A stretch of DNA of 64,000 nt from assembly GCF_006345805.1 (NCBI RefSeq), contig NC_043000.1, positions 18,662,001 through 18,726,000 of the forward strand, in the 5' to 3' direction. The notes under the pieces are model-generated. The model was given only the letters and a program-made list of their open reading frames with translations, was not told where the DNA came from and did no database searches. A program made the translations under genes and the position numbers. This DNA comes from Octopus sinensis. Taxonomy: Eukaryota. Positions 12,747 to 25,026 of the stretch are shown piece after piece; positions within the stretch are counted from its first letter, which is position 1; each line of letters begins with the position of its first letter.

Positions 12747-12877
12747 TTCGGCTGGAGGGTATATCAGCCGAAACGTTGTGTTAACAACAAAACAAGATGA
12801 GGACAAATATTTGTCAAATGTAAATAATGTAAACAATGCAAATAATGTACATAATTCTTCATCTCGTAAATATAGAC
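12541..12877. mobile_element. Partially deleted copy of the palindromic tRNA-headed/hammerhead element (family E)
   Basis: Inverted B-box segment 12541-12570, central CCCGTGGG, A box tggcgtagtgg, B box gttcgattc, (AAT)n, 3' half of hammerhead ggctggagggtatatcagccgaaacgttgtgtt. Confidence 0.8.
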
Positions 12878-13303
12878 AAAAATAGGACGATAAAATGTAA
12901 TCAATATAAATAACAATTAAAAATCGAACAAATTAAAATTCTCAATAGGGGAGGCGCTTTAAGGATCTCGTGGAAAAACCCACAAAAGCCACGGGTGTCT
13001 GAACAATAGGGCAGGAACCCTTTTTTTTTTACAGGTGCACGCTCAGAATTGGTGATTTCACACTGGCCATTCTTCCAGCATTCATCCACCTTTCAACAAA
13101 CTTGCTACAAGGCAACATTTCACTCTTCACCTTCAGAAAAGGTTGATGAGGGTAAACAAAGGTAAGCAGTGAAGACGAAGAGCGCGATTCGATTGTAATC
13201 GATATTTTATTGATTGAACGATATTTATCGACAGTAAGCCTGACTTCGTCGAGTTCAAAATAGGAAGTGATAAAAATTCAAAATTATGGAAATTTAAATT
13301 TAA

Positions 13304-13700
13304 CTAGCAGTATCGCCCGGCGTTGCTCGGGTTTGTAAGGGAAATAACTATATAAGCATTTTTAGAGTTATAGCCAAAAAATAGCCAAAAAATGCATTAA
13401 AAATGGAAAAAAATGATGGTAAATTTTTTTTTGAAATCGTTGACTCATCGTAGACATTTTTAGAGAGTTACTTTCCTTATATAATAGCGAAAAAATGCAT
13501 TAAAATGGAAAAAAATGATGGTAAATTTTTTTAAAAATCGTAGACTCATCGTAGACGCGCGCTAATACCCAGAAGGGCTCGATATGAATCACGACTATAA
13601 GATACCCGGTTTTGGTTACACTGCACCGCAAAATGTGGGAGTAGTTAGGAATCTAAATCGTAGGAGACAGACACACACACAACCTCTCTTTTATATATAA
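13304..13700 (-). mobile_element. Non-autonomous Helitron, short subfamily
   Basis: actagcagtatcgcccggcgttgctcggg 3' end; near-identical to 60145-60536. Confidence 0.85.
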
Positions 13701-13983
13701 ATATATATGAACGAGAGCAACCAGCGTCCACACGTTGATGGAATGACATCATCAGTCTTTAAGTTTCAATTTTATAACAGGCGGAAAGAAAAAGGCAGAA
13801 AGAAAAATGAAAAGGGAAAAAAGAAGAATATTTAATCGAACAGTTTTGTATAAATTTGATGATATTCTCCTGTCATTTTATTCATTCCTCCAGGGCGTGA
13901 TGTTAAAAACCCACAAACATATTTCTCTTCATGCATTTTGAGAAGTGAAAGTGAAGCAGATTCAGAGTATTTTCTGATAATAT

Positions 13984-14990
13984 TGTTACGGAATCACCCG
14001 TCGCCGCTCGCCCGAACGGGCAAGTTCGCCACGGAACCCCGAGAGAGAGGAGAGACAGAACAACAACAACAGCAGCAGCACAGAGAGATACAGAGGCAAC
14101 CGAGAGAGACACAAAACGGCAAGGCAACAACTGGCTTACATTTAACAACTAGTTTATGACAATCAATTGTTACAACATCAAAGCATTTAAAGGAAACATT
14201 TAAAGGAGGACATGCACGTGACAACTCAATACATCATACAACAGATCAAAGCATTTAAACATGCAAGTAACAATATAACAGTCCGGTAACGACACAACAA
14301 GTCATATACAGTTCGAAGAACATTATACAATGTTCAAATCACAACACTGTACAGAATGTCTTTACACAATTCACATTGTTCATTTCACTGTCTCAGTTCT
14401 TTTCACTGTTCAATGCACCAATTCTTTTTTTCCTTCTACAGTCTCTTTCTTCTTTCTCTTTTACATCGTAACACGTATCAATACAATTAAATACCTTAAT
14501 TCCTAATTAGAATAGCCAGTGTCCCATATTGTAGTCTCTCTCTCTCAGCGCTGCTATTCCTCTGTATATATCCCCTTCTGTGCTGCTAGCTCCAACCTGC
14601 CAAGCTCTCGCATCCCAACCGCTTGCCCTGACTTCCAAAATCCGACTGTCCTCTTTGACGACCGAATACCAACTGTCCCCCTATCACTACCCCTCAATCT
14701 GTTATTACTGCTCATACCCTCTCCATCTGCTCTCAGCCCTAACTGCCTATCTCTATCGCGCTGCTGCTGTCTATCTCTCATGACAGCTCTCAGATCCCTT
14801 ACTCTATCTTTCTCACTACTTTCCTTCTTCCTCACATCTCTCTGACCCCCAATCGACCGACAAGGCCAAAGGTCCCTCCGAAAAGCCATTACTCTTCCAG
14901 TAAACAAAGGGCTGTTGCTTTTCTTCCAGACGTGCCGGCGCCACTCCCACAAAGTGGGTCAAGAAATACTGCACTAGCCAAACCATAACA
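13984..14990 (-). mobile_element. Internally deleted LTR element (probably Ty3/Gypsy) nested in the Penelope GIY-YIG region
   Basis: TGTTA...TAACA termini, 4-bp TSD atat (13980-83, 14991-94); removal rejoins the frame KVHI|IRKYSES; charged gag-like ORF remnant at 14554-14870. Confidence 0.7.
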
Positions 14991-15266
14991 ATATGCACTT
15001 TTTATGTCTTTTTCAAAATTGCAGCCGTTTGAAGCAAAATGTTCAGCAAGTTCTGTCGAACAACTGTTATTGTGCCTGGCGTCACATCTGTGCCTATTAA
15101 ATCTTTTGTTTAATTATTCTGTTGTACAACCAACATAAATCAAGTTGTGTTTCGTGCATTCTGCTGCATAGACCAAATGGGAATCTCTACATGTCCCACC
15201 TTCTGTATAAATCATAACATTTCTGTTATAGTTCCTGATGGAATTCCCTTGACTCATGTTGTTGCA

Positions 15267-15624
15267 CAATGAAAGAGAGAATACCAAACGAGTTCCCTAT
15301 GGATACCGTATTTATTACAACGAGTGGCTTGTAAACGTATCTAACGAGCGAAAGCGAGTTAGATACGTTTACAAGCCACGACTTGTAATAAATACGGTAT
15401 CCATAGGGAATGAGTTTGGTATTTTATTTATTACACACGAATAAACGACCATATTTTATTAACCCAATAACTAAATTCTTCACGTTTAGTTGTAACTTAT
15501 GAATGACAAAAGTAGTGCCGTCACCGTGACCTTGGGTCATCACCATGAATTGACCAATCAGAAGCGGCGCTGTCACCGTGACCTCGGGTCATCACCATGG
15601 ATTGACCAATCAGAAGTAGCGCTC
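15267..15624. mobile_element. Unclassified 358-bp insertion with a 66-bp-arm hairpin and a 52-bp CCAAT-containing tandem repeat
   Basis: gca flanks both sides; arms 15280-15345 / 15358-15423; removal rejoins the Penelope frame YVRYC|NNMSQG. Confidence 0.65.
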
Positions 15625-17255
15625 GCAATATCTGACATATGTTAGATACCAAAAATATCTCAAAGTGTTCTCACTCACATGTGTGTAATAACAAGGTTTA
15701 CCTCTATTGCGGCTGTTTTTCAAGGTACAGCGTGCAGATACCCCAATGTTCGTTTTCTTGGAGTGAGAAATAGAGGTCAATAATTCTCTTATATTCTTAT
15801 TCCGTCTAAAGACTATAATATGCAGCTGAGGAAATATCTGTTTGAAACGAAGATATGTTTTCGCCACATGCTGCTACCTTTCACTTTTGAAATGCCTGCA
15901 AAATTTCGGTGCCAGTTAATCACTAAAGGAATTTTGTCATCTATTGTATTGTGTTTGCTAAAATTAAGCGTGAAGGTTTGACTAACATAGCTTATCTTAG
16001 CTATTTCATTTGCTATTTCCTTTAATCGTGATTCACTGTAACCGCGTTTGACATAATGATGTAAAAAAGCATTTGCATGTTTCCAGTAATCTCCTGTCAG
16101 TACAAAACCGTTTTACCATCGAAAATAGGGATTTCGGATTTGACCGAATAATATTATGTGGATGATCGGAGCAGTGGTGAAGATAAATGCGGGATGACGT
16201 GTGCTAGCAAAATAACTCTATCACTATTCTTCCTCCAGAAAACTTAACTCTTGTGTCCAAAAATGCAACGCTAGGCTTTGAAAATCTAGACGTAAATTTT
16301 ATGTTGGACTTAAAGCCATAGTTTTTAGCACAACAGTCACAGAAATGCCAGAAGTTAATTAAACTATTCTGTGATCCTTCCCAGACAAGAAAAGAAGTCA
16401 TCAATGAACCGTAACCAGAGTATTGGTTCATGACCATGAAGGGATTTGAATGTCTTCAGTAACTGTGTCTCGAATTTCGTCATGAAGATATTAGCGAAAT
16501 TAACTGCCATGGGAGTTTCCATGGCGCAACCCCTCGTCTGGTGGTAAAATCTTTGTCCAAACTTCATTGTGTTACTTTGTAACACAAACCTCAATCTACA
16601 GAGAAAATTTGATGGAATATTTTTGTTTGACCACTTTTCGAAGCATCCATGCATGCTTCTACCCCTTAATCGTGGTCAATATTGGGAACATCCGTGGTTA
16701 CTAAAAACACAGTTATCGACACGGTCTCGGTGCTTAAAAAAGTTGTTGATTTTAGACCCAAAAGTATCTCGAATACAGGAACCTGATCTTTTTGCGACAG
16801 GGAGTAGAAAGCCAACCAGCATTCCAAAATCTTGACTGTACAACATTCATATCCGCTGCAAATTGGGTGTATTGGAGGAAATCTTTCTAACTTTTTTGTG
16901 TATTTTAGGGAGACCATAAAATATAAGTGTTCTTCTTTCTGACTGTAAAATCCTGGATTCGGCCTTATTAATGAAATTGTTTTCCTGCATTTCCAGAATT
17001 CTCTGTAATTGAGGTTTGGATCGACAGGTAGTTCTCCACATGAAGTTTTGTCATTTAAAACTTCTTCACAGGCCGAAATATACTCACTTTTGTCCATAAT
17101 TACGATAATGCCTCCCATATCCACCATTTTAATAACAATAGAATCGTTATTAGCCAGACGTCGGAGTGCGTAACGTTGGGAATTTGTGAGGTTATTCCAG
17201 GACTTCTTTCCACTTGTTTTCAGGCTTTCACTAATGCCTGTCTGACAGGCATTAA

Positions 17256-17298
17256 TATAATAATGATGATGATGATGATGATGATAATAATAATAATA

Positions 17299-17379
<81 letters not shown>

Positions 17380-17445
17380 CGACGATGATGATGATGATAA
17401 TATGAATAATGATAATATGATGATGATGATGATAATGATGATGAT
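17256..17445. repeat. (AAT)n/(GAT)n microsatellite
   Basis: Direct reading. Confidence 0.95.
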
Positions 17446-17510
17446 GTGTTCTCTTTGTTGATCACACGTGCAAATACATAAAATAACAAAGAGTGTTCCT
17501 ACAGGGAGAT

Positions 17511-17580
<70 letters not shown>

Positions 17581-17798
17581 TGTGTCTTCATCTCGTTGTT
17601 ACTCTTAAAAAACAAAACAAAGCCGGTGCATATTTCCATATACTCTAGTGGAAGGTATACATATGGCGAACATCTAAAACTCTTTCGGGGCATATGAAAG
17701 AACCCTTCCACGTAATGGAGAACTTCCCGCAGAGTATATTGTTTTCCTCTTCACCACACATCTCTGGATAAAGTCGTGGGGCAAGAAGGCACTACCTA

Positions 17799-18255
17799 AA
17801 AGGTTGCGAGCTGGCAGAATCGTTAGTACCCCGGGCGAAATGCTTAGCAGTATTTCGTCTGCCGTTACGTTCTGAGTTCAAATTCCGCCGAGGTCGACTT
17901 TGCCTTTCATCCTTTCGGGGTCGATTAAATATGTACCAGCTACGCACTGGGGTCGATATAATCGACTTAATCCGTTTGTCTGTCCTTGTTTGTCCTCTCT
18001 GTATTTAGTCCCTTGTGGGTAGTAAAGAAATAGACATTTCGTCTGACGTTACGTTCTGAGTTCAAATTGCACCGAGGTCGACTTTGCCTTTCATCCTTTC
18101 GGGGTCGATAAATTAAGTACCAGTTACGCACTGGGGTCAATATTATCGACTTAATCCGTGTGTCTGTCCTTGTTTGTCCTGTCTGTGTTCTTAATCCGTT
18201 TGTCTGTCCTTGTTTGTCTCCTCTGTGTGCAATCCCTTGTGGGTAGTAAAGAAAT
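17799..18255 (+). mobile_element. SINE-C, head plus two body units
   Basis: 16-bp TSD aagaaggcactaccta at 17783-17798 and 18256-18271. Confidence 0.9.
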
Positions 18256-18808
18256 AAGAAGGCACTACCTATTGTGACACACCTCACCTACAACAGTTTT
18301 CCGTAAGCTGGTTCATGTCAAGTGACTTTTTCTAACTTACGACGTTTCCAAATGCTGGTATGTTGTTGTTGATGATGGTGGTGGTGGTGCTGCTGCTGTT
18401 ATAAGAGCCGTCTTTTCAAAATTCACAACTTCTAACATTACACTCTCAAACATTACGACGGTAAAACTGAAACGAAAATGCATTTTTATAAAGTAATGCG
18501 GTTGAAAACTTTATCACGTTACGTCAACAATTATTTTTCTAGCTATTTGTTTAGGTATTCGCATTTCTACTTTTCGGTTTGGTGATAATTTCCTCTTGAT
18601 ATTTAAACAAGATAATTATATCAATGAGTGTGACAATCTTTCACAGAACATTCCAATTATTTGATAAAGCGACATCGTGATCAATCATGAACAAACTTTT
18701 CTTGGGAAATATGCAGTAAATACACACAAGACGTAAGACAACTTTGAAAACGAAATGGCTTATGACTATGACAAAGACATTTAACTTTCTCTTTCGAAAG
18801 AACATTTC

Positions 18809-18839
<31 letters not shown>

Positions 18840-20292
18840 CACCAGATTCTTAGCATTTCAAGAAATCAGTTGCAAGCTTAACTCGTAACATGTTTTCAAT
18901 GAAAAACTAGTTATGATTTAAACAAACGAATAAAAGAACAGAAGAAAACGAAACAGAATTTTAAAAAGTAAAAGCAATCCATTATGGCACCATCTATTAA
19001 TATTTCATATAGTTACGGATACTTTATAATTGACTTTTTCTTTCAGAAATAAAAGCAACAAAATGAATATCTGAATTAGAATTTTAATTTCGTGTATATT
19101 CTGACATTCCAATTTTGTTTAACAGATTTTTCAAGAAAGAAAATATTTTGAACAAAACATTTTGCTCGAATATTCTTCAACATATATTTTTGGAAGAATA
19201 GCTATTAGATTAGGAATTTTGATAATTGATACCATAGTCACGAGAACAATTCTTGTAGCCGTAGCTATTGTCTCCTTGCGTCCATAGGTAAGTTTGAATA
19301 CATTTTTGGATCCAGTTAGTCGAGCTGATTCCACATTACAGAGTTAGAATTTTGATATTGATCTTAGCCTATAAGGCCGAATATTACAGAGTTAACACTT
19401 GGCCCCAGTTACACACACACACACACACACACACACAACACGCGCGCACAGACAAAGCAAATTGCTCAGGCCATAAATGTTTTCTGTTTGGTATAAGTCT
19501 AAGCCCTCTAGCTACCGAAGAAAAGGTTGGACAATTCACTTGCCGTTGACAGCTATTGGGAAAGAAACACGTGTCTACGACTGTTCTCTTAATTTATTCA
19601 ACATGCCTATCCTTTTCACTGATGGTATAACAAATCTGAACAAGTCTTGATTCTTGAAATTATGTCTTCTTTCATATGTAGCTAGACTTAATTAACATTT
19701 AGTAATTATGGCGTAACCATTTGAGGGGAGATAATTTTGATAACTCAAAACAAGAAAGATATGGTATGATATTTGATATATTTGAAATACATGTATTTAT
19801 CTGTTTTTCAAATAAATGCCACTGGCTTCTCTGAGTTATTTCTTTTGGCTCATTCACACACACACACACACACGCACACACACACACACACACACACACC
19901 ACACACACACATATATTTACATTAATAGATAAATACATGCATACATATATACACATACATAAATATACAAGTACACACACACGCACACGCACACGCACAC
20001 ACACACACACACACACCACACACACACACACAAACAAACAAACAAACACAAAATGCGCAGCACAAATGTGTAGCACAGTACGAATCAGTGGAAGTGAAAT
20101 TAAAACTAAATAGAAAACCTTAGCTGTGATAGGAAATTATAAAAAGGTAAATATTCCTTTTATGCTTTTTCGATGTGCAGAAAAAGAATTGGGATGCTTC
20201 TAACGGACTCTTTCACAGTTTGTAGACCGTTCTTCAGATGTGACATAATCGATTTTATTCCTCGTTCGAAAGCGGAGAATAAAGAAAAGAAC

Positions 20293-20823
20293 ATGTATGT
20301 GTGTATGTGTGCGCATGTATGTATGTATGTATGTATGTATGTATGTATGTATGTATGTATGTATGTATGTATGTATGTATGTATATATGTATGTATGTAT
20401 GCATATTTGTATGTATGTATGCATATTTGTATGTATGCATGTATGTATGTATGTATGTATGTATGTATGTATGTATGCATGCATGTATGCATGCATGTAT
20501 GTATGTATGCATGCGTGTATGTATCTATGTATTTACGTATGTATGCATGCATACATGTATGTATGTATGTTTGTATGTATGTATGCATGTATGCATGTAT
20601 GTATGCATGCATGTATATATGTATGTATGCATGTATGTATGCATGCATGTATATATGTATGTATATATGCATGTATATATGTATGAATGTATGTATGTAT
20701 GTATGTTTGTATGTATGTATGCATGTATGTATGTATATATGTATGAATGTAGTATGTATGATGTATGTATGTATGTATGCATGCATGCATGTATGTATGT
20801 ATGAATGTATGTATGTATGCATG

Positions 20824-20859
<36 letters not shown>

Positions 20860-21000
20860 TGTATGAATGTATGTATGCATGTATATATGTATGTATGTAT
20901 GTATGTATGTGTGTGGTATGTATGTATGTATGTATGTATGTATGTATGTATGTATGTATGTATGTATGTGTGTGTGTATGTATGTGTGTGTGTTGTGTGT
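20293..21000. repeat. (ATGT)n microsatellite
   Basis: Direct reading. Confidence 0.97.
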
Positions 21001-21288
21001 GTAATGTGAATGTGGACTTATATGCTTGGACGTGTGTTTATGTGATGAAGGATTCAACTATTATTGTTGTCGTTGTTCTTATAGTTCCTGTTGTTGTTTT
21101 CCCCTTGTTGATTTCGCTACTGCTGCTGAGGCTGCCGCTGCCGCTGTCTTTTTTTTTTTTAATTTTATTTTACACAATGATAGGCTTGTTATACAAAGTT
21201 AGATTTTAAAGCGTTTTTCTTTTTCATTCTTCACTCTCCGTTTCGACACTTCGGGAGAAATGGTAAAAGCGATGTTGAACTAATAACT

Positions 21289-21657
21289 CTGAACACCTCT
21301 TCAAACTCAACCCATCTAACACCCGTGGACATATTTACAAAGTCAGAAAACAGCACAGCTCCCATGACTTCAGGAAACATTTTTTCACGCTGAGAGTTGC
21401 TGAAGCATGGAGCAAACTGCCGGCTTCAGTTGTTAGTTGTCGGAGCACTGCATCCTTCAAAACTTCCATGCTTCCTGAGATTCACCAACACTACACCTGA
21501 TTTTCTCCCCTCCATGCGCACACGGGCATGTATCTGACTCATACACTGTTCGCTTTCCAGACATTTCTACATTACTGCATGTGCTTTATACACACTTTCT
21601 GACAAGTTGTGGTGCACCTGAGCACTGTATACAATTAATTTCATTATTATTATTATT
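21289..21657 (+). mobile_element. CR1-type LINE 3' end
   Basis: My translation: HLFKLNPSNTRGHIYKVRKQHSSHDFRKHFFTLRVAEAWSKLPASVV; ends in (ATT)n. Confidence 0.8.
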
Positions 21658-22144
21658 TTAACTTCTACATAGCAAAAAAAAAAAAAAAAAAATCATGAAA
21701 ACGCATGCTGAAACCTCTCCCCCCCCCCCACAACATTATCTTTTTTTTTGTATTTCTCATACAAAAATTACCATTATCTGATAAAATAGAAAAAAATTCA
21801 AAACAAAAAAAACACACAAGAGTTTCTCTACATATACTGTAATTTCAAAACTCCTTATGACACGTACACCATATAATCAGCAAGAAAAAATCACGACCCG
21901 TGAGCTTTCGATGTGCTGAAGTAATATTTCTGGAAACACTTGTACGGATATCGAAGATAACAGCAGCGCCATCTAGGAAGCTTTTCACCAACGAATTTTC
22001 TTTTTAATTGTTTTAATTTTGTTTTATTTGTTCCTTTCTTCTCTTTTTTTTTGCCTCTTTCATTTTGTGTGTGTGTATCCTTTTATCAACTTTGGAGTAG
22101 TTTATTTATTTATTTATTCATAAATTCATTCATTTGTGGAATGT

Positions 22145-22160
22145 TATAATATATATATGC

Positions 22161-22207
<47 letters not shown>

Positions 22208-22234
22208 GTATAATATATATAATATATATTATAT

Positions 22235-22276
<42 letters not shown>

Positions 22277-22369
22277 TATATATGTATATATATATATATG
22301 TATATATATATATGCATATATATGCATATATATATAATTAATATATATAATATATGTATATATATGCAT

Positions 22370-22427
<58 letters not shown>

Positions 22428-22430
22428 GTA
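22145..22430. repeat. (AT)n microsatellite
   Basis: Direct reading. Confidence 0.97.
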
Positions 22431-22431
22431 C

Positions 22432-22598
22432 AGGCGCAGGAGTGGCTGTGTGGTAAGTAGCTTGCTTACCAACCACATGGTTCCGGGTTCAGTCCCACTA
22501 CATGGCACCTTGGGCAAGTGTCTTCTACTATAGCCTCGGGCCAACCAAAGCTTTGTGAGTGGATTTGGTAGACGGAAACTGAAAGAAGCCCGTCGTAC

Positions 22599-22646
<48 letters not shown>

Positions 22647-22857
22647 ATATGTTTGTGTGTCTGTGTTTGTCCCTCCCAACATCGATTGACAACCGATGCT
22701 GGTGTGTTTAGGTCCCCGTAACTTAGCGGTTCGACAAAAGAGACCGATAGAATAAGTACTAGTCCTGGGGTCGATTTGCTCGACTAAAGGCGGTGCTCCA
22801 GCATGGCCGCAGTCAAATGACTGAAACAAGTAAAAGAGTAAAAGAGTAAAAAGAGTG
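22432..22857 (+). mobile_element. SINE-B
   Basis: Full head and tail. Confidence 0.9.
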
Positions 22858-23169
22858 AGTATATGGTGGGGGAGTGTATATAAAAAAGACAGCTGTGTTT
22901 GTTAAAATATGTCACACATGCATACTGTTATAAGGCAACACGTATTAAATGTATACATATCCTTGCGTTAGTGCTAACATCTGAGTTAGTGTTAGTGTCT
23001 GTGAGTGTTTATGTATGTGAGTGTGTGTGTGTTTCTTTTTAAGGCCTACGCTGATTGATGCAATCGAATCGGTTGCTGCTCAACGTAAACATCTGCAAGT
23101 TGAGTTCAACTGGGGAAAATGTACGCTGAGTGCATCCGCACACGCATTTTTTGTCCGTGTGTCTATGTA

Positions 23170-23500
23170 CGCACGTATGTATGTATGTATGTATGTATGT
23201 ATGTATGTATGTATGTATGTATGTATGTATGTATGTATGTATGTATGTATGTACGTACGTACGCACGTACGTATGTTTGTATGTATGTATGTATGTATGT
23301 ATGTATGTATGTATGAATGTATGTATGTATGTATGTATGTATGTGCAGATTTGTATGTTTTATGTATGTATGTCTCTATGTATGTATGAATGCATGCATG
23401 CATGCATGTATGTATGTATGTATGTATGTATGTATGTATGTATGTATGTATGTATGTATGTATGTATGTATGTGCAGATTTGTTTGTTTTATGTATGTAT
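23170..23500. repeat. (ATGT)n microsatellite
   Basis: Direct reading. Confidence 0.96.
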
Positions 23501-23559
23501 ACTCTTGCATATAGTTAGATATCTAGACATGCTCATATATATTCAAATGATAAACTTCT

Positions 23560-23935
23560 GGAAAGTTTTACAGGTTTTTACAGTTCCAGTGATGGATTGG
23601 ATCTGTAGTCTTCGAATTAGCTTTCTCCTTTCTGGTTTGAGAAGTCCAATTCCTCAAGATTGGTATTTAGGCAGTGTTGGATATCATAAGGCCCAGTAAT
23701 TACAATATAAACCTGAACTTATAATCTGGATAGAATAACTGCAGATTTCTCAATAGTTCAGCATAGGTATTCCCTTTTTCACTGATCTTCAGCTTTATGT
23801 TAACATCTGCTGGGCAACTAATTTCCACAACTGTGCACAGTTTCTCTGCTCTATCCCAAATCACTATATCAAGTCTGTTGTGCTTACATTTTATTGAGGT
23901 CTTCACTGGGACATTCCACCAGTTTTCCTTTTCAA
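23560..23935 (-). mobile_element. R4/Dong-like 3' fragment (RLE domain)
   Basis: KTSIKCKHNRLDIVIWDRAEKLCTVVEISCPADVNIKLKISEK.NTYAELLRNLQLFYPDY. Confidence 0.8.
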
Positions 23936-24010
23936 AATGTGCATAGTGGCTAACGATCTATCATATATATATATATATATATATAGATATATATATATAT
24001 ATATATATAT

Positions 24011-24460
24011 AAAGTGGCAGCATATTAAAATACCTTTAAAGGTTAAAATTATAAACAACTTATAAACAAGGGCAAAAGAAAAATTATTTCCATGCCAATA
24101 TGCTGATAACAGATTTTTAAATCGTCAATTTCCATATATCATTATACACTCACATGAGTACGTGTAAGTATTTCATTTATTTCTTATCGTATTTTCTACT
24201 GAAGAGGAAAAAATCCATGGGATTAATTCCGAAATTGATTCAATATAGAAATAACGAACTTTTTAAAAACAATTCTGTTGACTAGCTTTCCCGATTTCAG
24301 CACGACGTGTATTTATTGTGAGTGTATAATGATATGTGGAAATTGACGATTTAAAAGTCTGTTATCAGCATATTGGCATGGAAATAATTTTTCTTTTGCC
24401 CTTGTTTATAAGTTGTTTATAATTTTAACCTTTAAAGGTATTTTAATATGCTGCCACTTT
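24011..24460. mobile_element. Fold-back element with 143-bp inverted arms and a central hammerhead (Penelope pLTR-like)
   Basis: 24011-24153 is the near-perfect reverse complement of 24318-24460. Confidence 0.85.
24193..24251 (+). ncRNA. Type I hammerhead ribozyme, canonical core
   Basis: Stem I tttcta/tagaaa (6 bp), CTGAAGA, stem II ggaa/ttcc plus aatcc/ggatt, GAAA, stem III ttg/caa, AUA triplet (cleavage after 24245). Confidence 0.8.
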
Positions 24461-24503
24461 TTGATGAAATTCTTTTCTGAAAAAATTTCATCCTATATTA
24501 ATA

Positions 24504-24561
<58 letters not shown>

Positions 24562-24660
24562 GAAACTGAATAGTAAAGAAGTGGTTAAATGATTTCTGTT
24601 GGGAAACTCATATGTACAGAAAGAAACGGACAAGTATGAAGAATCAGTCATAGATATTCG

Positions 24661-25026
24661 TGGCACTCCGTCGGTTGCGACGATCAGGGTTCCAGTTGAT
24701 CCTATCAACGGAACAGCCTGCTCGTAAAATTAACGCGCAAGTGGCTGAGCACTCCTCAGACACGTATACCCTTAACGTAGTTCTCGGGGAGATTCAGCGT
24801 GACACAGTGTTACACAGCTGGCCCTTTGAAATACAGGTACGCAGAAACAGGAAGAAAGAGTGAGAGAAAGTTGTGGTGAAAGAGTACAGCAGGGTTCGTC
24901 ACCACACCCTGCCGGAGTTTCGTGGAGCTTTAGGTGTTTTCGCTCAATAAGCACTCACATAGGACTCGAAACCGCGATCATACGACCGTGAATCCGCTGC
25001 CCTAACCGCTGGGTGATTGCGCCTCC
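24661..25026 (-). mobile_element. SINE-A, tail type 1
   Basis: Family consensus match. Confidence 0.88.

Larger units (their letters stand above)
13850..17220 (-). mobile_element. Degenerate Penelope-like element (RT plus GIY-YIG endonuclease), split by two insertions
   Basis: IVIMDKSEY, FYGLPKIHK, YHQTRGCAM.TPMAVNFANIFM, WLRFIDD; my translation of 15000-15250 gives LVYAAECTKHNLIYVGCT..LNKRFNRH; C-terminus LTSRPGGMNK at ~13900. Confidence 0.88.

Noticed and set aside
13715-13760. Hammerhead at the Penelope 3' end
   Set aside because: CTGATGA and a GTC/GAC stem are present but GAAA and the cleavage triplet are missing; a remnant at best.
20195-20245. Hammerhead-like CTGAAGA-acggt..actgt-GAAA-gagtc on the minus strand
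   Set aside because: Stem I cannot pair and stem III is absent; probably chance.
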